Origin: Octopus bimaculoides | Lineage: Eukaryota | Assembly: GCF_001194135.2 (NCBI RefSeq) | Contig: NC_068983.1 | Span: 155,140,465-155,204,464 of the forward strand | Length of the DNA: 64,000 nucleotides | Reading direction: 5' to 3' | Shown here: positions 1 to 11,171 of the stretch, one piece after another | Numbering within the stretch: position 1 is the stretch's first letter | How the letters are laid out: each line of letters starts with the position of its first letter | Made by a program: the position numbers and the translations under genes | The notes under the pieces: model-generated | Seen by the model: only the letters and a program-made list of their open reading frames with translations | Told to the model about the DNA's origin: nothing | The model's database searches: none

Positions 1-649
1 ATGCACACGTGTACACATACACATATTTATATACATACGTGCATATGTGTATATATATACACACACACAATACATATATTATTAATATACATGTTTGTGT
101 GTATTGCCAATGGGTTTGCATTTATTTCTATACATGCATGCGAATGTGAGGATGTTTATACACACACACTTGGTTTTGTGTACATGAAACTATAAACACA
201 TTTGCAATATACACGCATGCCTTCATATATGCATTCAGTGGGCATTATATGAATGTGGGTGTACTTGTTAATTGCATAAGTGACATGAGCAATGGAGTTT
301 TAATTTGATATTGGTACCAGGTTGGGAATTTGGTTTCCTGGGAGAGTTTAAGGTGTTTGCCAATGCACATATTACAAAAATACAACAACAATAATAAAAA
401 ATATAAATCATTGCATTAATAATGATGATGATAATGATGATGATTATTTATATTTGCCACCAGGGCAAGGGATGAGAATACATTACAAAAATACATGATA
501 AAAATCAGTGGGATTTGGCACTGAATTGATTATAAAAAGTATGAAATGAGAAGTTCCAGTAGAAGAACACTCATCTGGGCCCAATCAAAGAACTCTTTAG
601 ATTTATGATTGCCTCTCCTAGCTGTGTTCGCTACCCTAACTGTTTATTA

Positions 650-853
650 TTTAAATTGGCCATATCTGGCCAAAATATCTGAGCTGTTTTATGGCCAGAT
701 CTGGCCTCTCGTGTCCACCCTATCCGTCGTTGTAAAAATATACTATGCCATCACTGAAATCTCAATGTTATGATATAATGCATGATTAATTCAAAACAAT
801 GTGAATAAAAAAGCATTACATTTGGCAAAGGAATCTGAATGCTAAAGGGTTAA
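650..853. mobile_element. piggyBac-like MITE family B (left end decayed)
   Basis: Ends ...aatctgaatgctaaaggg|TTAA. Homologous to 16240-16426, 47818-48045 and 50264-50470. Confidence 0.65.
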
Positions 854-1076
854 CCCCTTTGTTACCATATTTATGTTGAGATGCTCTGTGTTTCAATCAA
901 TTTGAAATATAACAAAGAATATAGTAAAATAACTTAGTTATCATTAAGCTTGTGTTAAGAACATAAATTGTGACTAAGGTTTGGTGGAAAATTTTAATTC
1001 AGAACTTTTGAATACAAGACATTTATACTACAAAGCCAGAGGCAGTTTCAGGTAGGTTGGTATCAGAAGGGGTTAA
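850..1076. mobile_element. piggyBac-like MITE family A
   Basis: TTAA|ccccttt...aagggg|TTAA termini (TTAA at 850-853 and 1073-1076). Second copy at 31637-31868. Confidence 0.8.
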
Positions 1077-1329
1077 AAACACATGCTGTGTGTGCCAACT
1101 ACCACAGTTCCCAATGTTTCCAACACATACTGGTGATGATGTATGCTGATGCCAACATACCCTACTCATGTCTTTGTGTAAGTAAAATGTTTCTCTAGAT
1201 TCCACAGCAATAGATAAGAGCAAAAACATACTTGTGCAATGAAGGACATCCTTGAGAGAGTAAATGTACAATTCAAATTCAGAATAGTTATAACAGATGG
1301 ACAGTCGGTTTGACTGCTGCTATATTTAA

Positions 1330-1860
1330 GCAATCCTGCCTCTCAAAATGGGTTTCACAATGGCTAACCTGAGGACTACCACCTAGTAATATTGGTCAAT
1401 ATTATCTAAGGTTTTCAATTGAGCTACATAGATCAGAGCCCCACTAAAGCCAGGTTTATCATTCAATCTCCTGATGATTTATCATATAAAATAGAGTTTG
1501 TTGTGTGTAGAACCGCAGGCAATCGCGCAAATCCACATCCTCCCAGCCATACTTTTGATGTGTCTAAGTGTACCTTGACCAATATTTTAAACCCTGCAAT
1601 CACCACACTCTGGCCATCACCACTGTGAATGTTTCCAATTTGTTACAATCTGTGGTAGACATACATCAAATGAGGGTAATATGAGTCTAGTGTATTTTCA
1701 TAAAGTTTGTTGGGCTGATCATACAAGCCCGACAATTTGCCATTTGCACAACAGCTCATCACAACACCACCCTAGCTGCTATTATTGGTTTGCTGTAACA
1801 TTTCACCTTTTCTGCTGAGGAAGCTATGGCAGGCTTTTGAAATAGGCATTAAAGTCTGCT
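1330..1860 (-). pseudogene. Heavily decayed RTE-type LINE reverse-transcriptase N-terminal region
   Basis: Across frameshifts the minus strand gives VVIAGFKILVKVHL, CGFA and YVAQLKTLDNI, in the order of the SIAGKILARIL, QCGFR and YVxFIDLxKAFD motifs. Confidence 0.45.
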
Positions 1861-1923
1861 GTCACTGAACCATCACTTCCTACAAGCAACTGGGCGAAGT
1901 ATTGCTGGAAAGCTACACATATA

Positions 1924-1973
<50 letters not shown>

Positions 1974-2784
1974 ATAAGGGCATTACTATATAGTAATGCC
2001 TCACGCTTAGAGGGACTAAATAAGTCAAAACTACCAAAAAATAAGCACATATTTACCGAAAGCAAGGAAATGCAACTTTCAAAAATTAACCTCCTAAAAA
2101 CATTTAACTTAACGGCAAACCACTGGTTTCATAATTAATGCAGCAATGTAGTAAGCTGCATCTTTTATTCATCAGTGCACGTATGGTTGAGACACATAAA
2201 AAATAAACAAAAATCAACATAAAAAACGATGGGGNNNNNNNNNNNNNNNNNNNNNNNNNNNNNNNNNNNNNNNNNNNNNNNNNNNNNNNNNNNNNNNNNN
2301 NNNNNNATATATATATATATATATAAATACATACATAGGTTCAAAAAAGGAAGACGACAAAGAAACAACAACAAAAAACAACAACGTGAGGACGTGATAC
2401 AGATTGTGTTACTAGACGCTTGGGAAAGGAAAGAAAGAGAATTTAATGTTTCAAGCGGAGCTCTTCGTCGGAAACAAGTCCAAAGAAGGGAAAAACGGAG
2501 GAAGAAAAAATCGCCACCGATATCCACGAGGTTACATTGTGGAATGACCGGAAGGGAATATACATACCTGGAATTGAGTGGCACACACACATCATGAACA
2601 GTGAACGTCCTAACTGTGATTTTGTTTTTGTTGCATCTCTGCTTTCTGACTCTATCAAATGGCTTTCATGCCCCCTTATATATTTGGCCATGTTTCTTAG
2701 ATCTGACCACATAACTTCCATGTTTCACATCAAAGAAATGGTTGACTGTTATTTTCTCTGTTGACACACATTTGCAGTTTAGAT

Positions 2785-2971
2785 CAGTGCTCCACAACCA
2801 GTATGTCATGGCACACTGGTGTGCCATGGGGCGATGCTAGGTGTGCCACAGTGTAACATGAATATAATTTTTTTCCCTATGCTTTTAGCTATATTTTTAG
2901 TTCAGGTGTGCTTCTAAATTTTGAAAAGAATATAAATGTACCACAAGTGAAAAAAAGGTTGTGGAGCACGG
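2785..2971. mobile_element. hAT-type MITE
   Basis: TIRs cagtgctccacaacc / ggttgtggagcacgg; 8-bp TSD gtttagat / gtctagat. Confidence 0.8.
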
Positions 2972-3315
2972 GTCTAGATTGCTACCATTTCTGACAACTT
3001 GTAATAATTGGAGGAACCTTCAATGCAGTCTGTTGATCTGTTAGAAATAGCAACCAAATCTCCTACGCATCACAACTTTCAACCTTTAAAAGTAAATTCA
3101 TTTGGTGAAAAACACAAACTTCACCACTTGTGGGATTAAAAGTTATAAGTATAGAAGGTGAAAGTGGTAGTTGGGGACAAAAGGTTGTGGGGACAAAATT
3201 TTGTGCACTAGAAGCTATTGTTCTTGCTATAATTCTCTGCAGAGCCCTGACTGAGCAGACTTATAATCAAAGATATTTCATCTATGACCTCTTTGTTTTT
3301 TTCACAGATATATCT

Positions 3316-3483
3316 AGGCGCAGGAGTGGCTGTGTGGTAAGTAGCTTGCTTACCAACACCACATGGTTCTGGGTTCAGTCCCACTGCATGGCACCTTGGG
3401 CAAGTGTCTTCTACTATAGCCTCGGGCCGACCAAAGCCTTGTGAGTGGATTTGGTAGACAGAAACTGAAAGAAGCCCGTCATA

Positions 3484-3552
<69 letters not shown>

Positions 3553-3756
3553 ATGTATGTGTTTGTACCCCCACCATCGCTTGACAACCGATGCTGGTGT
3601 GTTTACGTCCCCGTAACTTAGCGGTTCGGCGAAAGAGACTGATAGAATAAGTACTAGGCTTACAAAGAATAAGTCCTGGGGTCGGTTTGTTCGACTAAAG
3701 GCGGTGCTCCAGCATGGCCACAGTCAAATGACTGAAACAAGTAAAAGAGTAAAGAG
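3316..3756 (+). mobile_element. tRNA-derived SINE family T1 (internal AT/GT microsatellite)
   Basis: A box tggctgtgtgg 3327-3337, B box gggttcagtccc 3371-3382, ccttgggcaagtgtctt core, internal (AT)n, and 3' end tgactgaaacaagtaaaagag. Many copies in the window. Confidence 0.88.
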
Positions 3757-4974
3757 ACTGTATTGTTGAATGTATGTCCCTTACCATTTTGAAGAGATTT
3801 ATTTGACTGCTATTTCTTGCAATTTAAGTGAGCACATTCAAGTTCATATCTTGGCTCAAATAGTTAACTAGTTTGACGATGATCATGATGACCACAAACA
3901 AGACTAAGGCAAGAGTAACTGGTGGTGTTGTGGGCGAGGATAAAGAAGATAATGATTAATAAAAATTAGTGGTTTCAGTGTTTTATTGTAATCTTATTCA
4001 CATTTGGGTCAAATTATAGGAATATTAAATTAACCCTAGTAGTTGATTTGGTACTTGCACCTTGTTGGCTCCGGAAGGATGAAAGGCAAAGTTGACCTCG
4101 GCAGGATTTGAACTCAGAACGTTAAAAAGCTGTAACTAAATATCACAGGAATTTTGTTCTGAGGGAGAGAGGAATAAGAGCAGGAGGAGGAGGAGGAGGA
4201 GGATGAGGATCATTCTGTTAATGATTCTGCCAATTCACAGTGGTGAGGGTGGTGGTGTTGATGGTGGTGATGCGGAAAAAAAAAAAATCTGTGTTGTAAC
4301 TGGTGAATAAGATCAATCAACACTACATTGTTGTGTTTAAAAAGAAGAAGAAGAAGAACAACAACAAGAACAGGTGCATTCTCTATGTCATATTTCTATG
4401 ACAAATGGTTATGATATGATGATTGCCTGTTGAAAGCTAGTGCGTGTGGTGTTTATGTGTGCATGTGCATGTGTGTGTGGGTGTGCTTGTATGTGCTCTG
4501 AGGGGGAAGAAAGAAAGAAAGACAGGAAGCACCTCCATGAACAACGACATCATCACCAAAACACTGGCAACAGATAACCTAAATTACACTTTTGAGAAGA
4601 GGAGAATGAAAAATACCAAAGGTTGTGGAACATCAATGGAAAATATAGAAAAATGTCAACACATTATTATCATTATCATCCTCGTTATTATTATTATTAT
4701 TATTATTATCGTTATTCATTGTCGTTGTTCTTATCATTTCTTGGCATTGTTGTTGTTATTAGTATTGTTGTTTTATTAATATTTTTGAATATCCATTGTA
4801 GTTTGTTATTTACAGGAATTTCAATGACTTTAGTTTCTTCTTGTTGTTCTTGTTGTTACCATCCTTGTTGTCTAATTCCAATATTCATTAAATGCCCCCC
4901 TCCCCCATTTATCTGTTGCCCTTGTGGTAAATAAAGAAGTTATTACTAAATCATTATCATTATTATTATTATAA

Positions 4975-5197
4975 AAGCAGCGAGCTGGCTGAATCGTTAG
5001 CACATTGGGCGAAATGCTTCACAGTATTTTGTCTGCTGTTACGTTCTGAGTTCAAATTCCACCGAGGTCGACTTTGCCTTTCATCCTTTCGGGATTGATT
5101 AAATAAGTAAAGTTATACACTAGGATCGATGTAATTGACTTAATCCCTTCCCCCAATTTTGAGGCCTTGTGCTTCCAGAAAGAATTGTTATTATTAT
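4975..5197 (+). mobile_element. tRNA-derived SINE family T2
   Basis: B box gttcaaattcc followed by a conserved gtcgactttgcctttcatcctttc...aagtaccag domain and a (TTA)n tail. The central domain resembles conserved metazoan SINE superfamily domains (not verified). Partial tandem copy at 5198-5340; other copies near 3990, 9520, 16930, 35110 and 55120-56150. Confidence 0.8.
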
Positions 5198-5322
5198 AAA
5201 AGTTGACTTTGCCTTTCATCCATTTGGGGTTGATTAATTAATTACCAGTTAAGCATTGGTGTCAATGTAATCAACTAGCTGACTTCCACAAAATTTTAGG
5301 CCTTGTGCCTATAGCTGGAAGG

Positions 5323-5372
<50 letters not shown>

Positions 5373-6275
5373 CATTATTATTACTATTACTATTNNNNNN
5401 NNNNNNNNNNNNNNNNNNNNNNNNNNNNNNNNNNNNNNNNNNNNNNNNNNNNNNNNNNNNNNNNNNNNNNNNNNNNNNNNNNNNNNNNNNNNNNNNNNNN
5501 NNNNNNNNNNNNNNNNNNNNNNNNNNNNNNNNNNNNNNNNNNNNNNNNNNNNNNNNNNNNNNNNNNNNNNTCCCCGCCAAATTTAGGCTTTGTGCTTCTT
5601 ATAGAAAAGATTATTATTAGTATTGTTATTAAATGAAATGCTTGATATGTGGTGTGATTTGGCCAGATCACCAAGATTAATGATAGCAAATGGACTGGGA
5701 TTAAGTTCAGCATGGTCACTCTCAGTTTGAGAAGAGCTGAGAATGGTATAGCTGATTAAGTGGGCAGAGGTGGAAAATATACATGTATTGCTTGTTATTT
5801 ATCGCTGCCTTATTTTGCCACAGTTTTCATCTGACTAAGTTGGAACATCTGTTCTTTTACATTAGTGATAAGGTCTGCTTGTGGCTAGCACCACCAACTG
5901 CAGAGGACCTGGAATGTTGTCATGGTTGGTCATGCATAGATTTACAGGTATAGATGTAACTGTGTGGATGAGAATGTTGCTTCCTAATCACATTGTTTGG
6001 TGTTCAGTCTCACCACAGAGAATCTTGGACCAATGTCTTCTACTATAGCAATGTGTTTAGCAAAGCTTTGTGAGTGGATTGTTTATTTGTGTGTGTGTGT
6101 GTGTGCATGTATGTTCATGTGTGTGTTTGTATAAATGTGTGTGTATGTTTGCATCTCCTTTACATTGTGAGGGCAACAGGATGACATATAGCCATCACTG
6201 TCCCTCTTCCATTACTCCCTCCTCCTTCATTTTTCTTGCCCATTGCTATCCTCTCAACTATCCTCTCTCGTCCTA

Positions 6276-6324
<49 letters not shown>

Positions 6325-6747
6325 TTCTCTCTCTCTCTCTTCAATCTCTTAGAGAAGTTGCTTTAAATGACCAAACAGCATAGAATAGAGCAAACTTTTT
6401 AGTTTTCCATTGGACACAGCAGCTTTTCTAGTGCTGGTGCCATGATAAAATATACCCAGTACACTCCTGTAAACTGGTTTGGCATTAAGAAGGTCGTCTA
6501 CCTTTAGAAACCATAAATCATATGAATGAAGCATAGTCTTTGACCAGTGTAGGAGGGTTGTACTCCAAATAAGAATTGCTTCTGATCTTTCCAGCTGGGA
6601 ATGCAGATGTTCAATGATGATGATTCCTCTATCCTAGCAATAATACTCTATTATTGGCCAGCATCAATGGACAGAAGAAAACTTATGTTTATTTTTTCCC
6701 CTTTTCTCTTTGGGCTTAAAGAGAACTTTGTGTGTGTGTACATATGT

Positions 6748-7050
6748 AAAGGGTAAAGACCCCTTTTGGTCATGCATGACCATGGGATTGCACCTAGAAG
6801 TTCCCCTCTGAGGCACACGTCCAGGCATGGTTATTTAGGGAAGACTAGCAATCGCCCATGCATACCAGCCTTCTCTCTCCATGCCACTGATGTTATCCAA
6901 GGGAAAGGCAAAGGCTGGTACAGCTTGGCAACATGAACTGGAGCGACATGGAATAAAGTGTCTTGTTCAAGAACACAACACACAGCCCAGTTTGAGAATT
7001 GAACTCACTACTTCATAATAGTGAGTCTAATGCTCTAACCACTGAGCCAT
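6748..7050 (-). mobile_element. tRNA-derived SINE family T4
   Basis: Minus strand begins atggctcagtggttagagc...gagttcaattc and continues tgtgttcttgaacaagacacttt. Related heads lie in tandem at 45650-45940 (+). Confidence 0.7.
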
Positions 7051-7350
7051 CTTTGTATATACATTTATATATCTTGTTCTTTTTTGTCTTGCAACTTACT
7101 TGGTAACTTCACTACTACCAGTGGCACAAAATAAGTACTTAGAACACACTGTAAAGTGATCAGCATTAGGAATGGCTTCCAGCCCTAGAAAGTCTGCCAT
7201 AGCTGACACTTGAACTCAGCACAACCCTGTGGCTTGCTGGATCCTTAAACTACCCAACCTATGCCAGCATGGAAGACAGATGTTAAAAGATGCTAACTGC
7301 ACTGATGCTGTGTATTCACACTTTCATACACACATTCATATATATGTGTG

Positions 7351-7770
7351 TCATCATCATCATCATTTAACATCTGTTGTCCATGCTGGCATGGGCTGGA
7401 CAATATGACTAGGGCTGGCAAGTGGAGGGGCTACACTGGACTCCAGTTTGAATTGGCATGGTTTCTATGGTTGGATGCCCTTCCTAATGCCAATCACTCA
7501 AAGAGTGTAATGGATGCTTTTGGGTGCTACTGGGACGGGTGCTATTTGCATGACTCCGATATCTGCCATGACCACGACATAATGCCAGAGGTCTTGGTCA
7601 TTTGTCACTGCCTCTATAAGGCCCAACGCTCAAAAGGTGCTTTTTACATACCACCAACATTGGCCACATTGCTTCTGTGAAGCCCAATGCGCAAAAGATG
7701 TTAGTTATGTGACACCTGCATCAGCCATAACTACGATTTCACTTAGCTTGATGGGTCTTTTATTTATGCA
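7351..7770 (-). mobile_element. 5'-truncated RTE LINE 3' end, (GAT)n tail
   Basis: Carries the tail module ccatgccagcatgg...ttaaatgatgatg plus 3'UTR up to the ORF2 end (aagacccatcaagctaagtga). Confidence 0.7.
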
Positions 7771-8272
7771 TGTATGTAAGCATAAGGCCCACAGAGTCGA
7801 GGTGAGCAGGTTAAATGATTATTTTATCTAACCTAGAAAGATAAAAAGCAAAGCAGGCCTGGATGAGATTTGAACTCATATGTGAAGAGACTGAACAAAT
7901 AAATACTGCAAAGCATTTTGTCAGGTGCTGCTGCTACCAATTTTGTGAATCCACCGCTGCACACTTGCACACATTTTGTACTTGTTGGTTTGTAGTTATA
8001 TTTTATCTTTTTGTGTCTATGTATGTGTATATTATAATTATCATCATCATCATCATTTCGTGATATGAATGTGTGTATGAATGTATATATACACACACAT
8101 ACACATATATATTAGATGTTTCTGTGTGCTTATGTATATATATTGCAATGTATGTATACGTGATATCATATTTGCCAGTGATAAAGATATGCATCTCCCT
8201 ATACGGAATCCTGCGTGCCATAAGTCTGTCACGTTTTCAATTATATAGCATGTTTAAACACTGCCTTTCTGC

Positions 8273-8306
<34 letters not shown>

Positions 8307-9046
8307 AAACACATGCACACTAACTCCATTCCAGATTAGATTGAAAATCAGACACTCAGATACAGCGACTCACACTATTACACACCTCCAAGAATTTAGA
8401 AAATTGCGTGTTCACACATTTACTCCCCACACATATTCACACACACTGTGACAGACATCTTGGTTAGTTTAATGTGAAGTTCTTTTTTATCATTTTTTTT
8501 TGCATCTGGTGACATACTTTATAAGATATATACATTGGCAACAGCACCTCTTTGCACATATACACACTCTTACACATGGGTGAATATTTTTTTTCTTTAT
8601 ATACCACTTTTCAATATGCCTGTTTTATATTCTAATTCCGTTCTAATATATTCTTCTACCTACCACCATCGTCATCAATTTCTTTTACTGTGCTGGCACA
8701 GATAGGATAGGTTAGCAATATAGCATCTTTCCTCTCCGTCAGACTCTATCTTCCAGCATCTCATCTGTGATGTAAATCAACTGAGATCCAACAAAACTGC
8801 TGCTTCTCAAGTAATTATACCTTGAAGGTGGTAGAGAGAGAAAATAGTGAAAATAATAAAAAAAAATTTGAATCCTATGTAACTAGTCACAGTCTATGAT
8901 GGTGAAAACGTTGATAAAAATACCTAACCAGTGATGGTACTTTTATGTAGTTGCTAGATATAGCAGCTAAAATCCCTTTCAAACCATTCTATATCATTTA
9001 AAAAGACAACAAAAGTTTAAAGATTATTCCTTGAAAATATTGTCAT

Positions 9047-9214
9047 AGGCGTAAAAATGGCTGTGTGGTAAGTAGCTTGCTTACGAACCACATGATTCCG
9101 GATTCAGTCCCACTGTGTGGCACCTTGAGCAAGTGTCTTCCACTATAGCCTCGGGCCGATCAAAGCCTTGTGAGTGGATTTGGTAGACGGAAACTGAAAG
9201 AAGCCCGTCGTATG

Positions 9215-9245
<31 letters not shown>

Positions 9246-9475
9246 CTATATAAATATATATATGTATGTGTGTTTGTGTGTCTGTATTTGTCCCCCGACC
9301 ATCGCTTGACAACCGATGCTGGTGTGTTTACGTCCCTGTAACTTAGCGGTTTGGCAAAAAGAGTTTGATAGAATAAGTACTAGGCTTACAAAGAATAAGT
9401 CTTGAGGTCGATTTGCTCGACTAAAGACAGTGCTCCAGCATGGTCGCAGTCAAATGACTGAAACAAGTAAAAGAG
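9047..9475 (+). mobile_element. SINE family T1
   Basis: Full-length copy, highly similar to 3316-3756. Confidence 0.88.
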
Positions 9476-9932
9476 CAATAGTATTAATGGCTTGAGTGCC
9501 TTTTAATTATAAGTCACCTGAAGGTGGTCAGCTGACAGAATCGTCAGCATGCCAAGTAAAACACTTAACAATATTTTATCCATCTTTACATTCTGAGTTC
9601 AAATTCTGTCAAGGTTGACTTTGCCTTTCATCCTTTTGGGTTGATAAAATAAGTACCAGTTGAACACTGAAGTCAATGTAATCAACTAGACCCCTCTTTT
9701 GAAATTGCCGACCCTGTACCAAACTTTGAAACCAATTATAAGTCATATTGAAACTTCATGCCTGCATGTCTGATTTGAGTGACTCTTGAATATGTTGCCG
9801 TTTCATTACATTTAGCATATCTAGACTAACTCATAGAATTCAACATTTCATGTTGGTGTCGGCAATGTTGTGCTCATATAAACAGTGGCATAATCGTTTG
9901 ACGTCTGCTTTCCATGTTGGCATGGGTTGGAC

Positions 9933-10234
9933 CAGTGGTTCCCAGACTTTTCAGGCTGCCGCCCCCTTGACACCCAGACCACATTCCCAACTAACCATCT
10001 CAAACATAGACGTTTTTTCTGAAGCAAATTCAAAGCAACTGTATTTCACAAATAAAACTTAACCTAATAAACCTATTATTTTGTTGTTTATACATGAATC
10101 GCCACCCCATTATCACCCCAATATTTATATGAATCCCTCCCTCATTATCACCCCTTTTTCTTCAACACACTCTTGGTACTTTCCATTACCCCCAGGGGTG
10201 GGAGGTGCAATATCACCCACTTTGGGAACCACTG
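9933..10234. mobile_element. hAT-type MITE nested in an RTE 3' end (host about 9885-10500, minus)
   Basis: TIRs cagtggttccca / tgggaaccactg; perfect 8-bp TSD ggttggac at 9925-9932 and 10235-10242. Confidence 0.85.
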
Positions 10235-10809
10235 GGTTGGACAGTTTGACATGGAACTTGGCTAGCAGGGAGCTGTCCATACACCAGCTGTCTGTTGAGG
10301 CATGGTTTCTATGGCTGGATGCCCTTCCTAACCTCAACCACCCCACAGAGTGTGCTGGGTTCTTTTTATGTGCTACTGGAATGGGTGCATTTACACAGCA
10401 CCAGCATGGGTACTTTTTAGATGGCACTGGCACCTTAAAGAACAAGTCTGTATGTGTGAAACATAGTGATTTTACTCATATATCTGAAGTGATTGACCTG
10501 TGATTTGTGCCTGTTCATTTGGCCAACAACCTGCATACCTTATGTCTGTTTGAACCCAGCTAACCTGGATCTATGCAACATCATCAGCAATAACAACCAC
10601 CCCGCCTCATCTCATCTCATTCCTATTGACCAATAATTTATGAAATATGATATTTTATTGCATTTGTTTGTGCCATCACATCTTGCCTTGTCTCTCAGTA
10701 TCTTTTACTTGTTCCAGTTATTAGACTGCTGCCATGCCAGGCCATTCTGTTGAAGAATTTTTAGTCATATGAATCAGCCCCAGTACTTAATTTTAACAAG
10801 CCTGGTATA

Positions 10810-11130
10810 TCATCATCATCATCATCATCATCGTCATTTAATGTCCGCTTTCCATGCTAGCATGGGTTGGACGGTTTGACTGGGGACTGGTGAACCAGAT
10901 GGCTACACCAGACTCCAATCTGATCTGGCAGAGTTTCTACAGCTGGATGCCTTTCCTAATGCCAACCACTCCAAGAGTGTAGTGGGTGCTTTTTACATGC
11001 CACCAGCATGAGGGCCAGTCCAGCGGTACTGGCAACGGCCATGCTCAAATGGTGTTTTTTACGTACCACCTGCACAGGAGTCAGTTCAATGTTTTGTTCA
11101 CATGCCACCGGCACAAGTGCCAGTAAGGTG
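10810..11130 (-). mobile_element. RTE 3' end with about 2 VNTR units
   Basis: (CAT)n plus the conserved tail module, then ~62-bp units at 10985-11130. Abuts a minus-strand T1 head at 11192-11342. Confidence 0.8.
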
Positions 11131-11133
11131 ATA

Positions 11134-11171
<38 letters not shown>

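Noticed and set aside
2443-2721. 92-aa minus-strand ORF
   Set aside because: No recognisable motif and no supporting exon chain.
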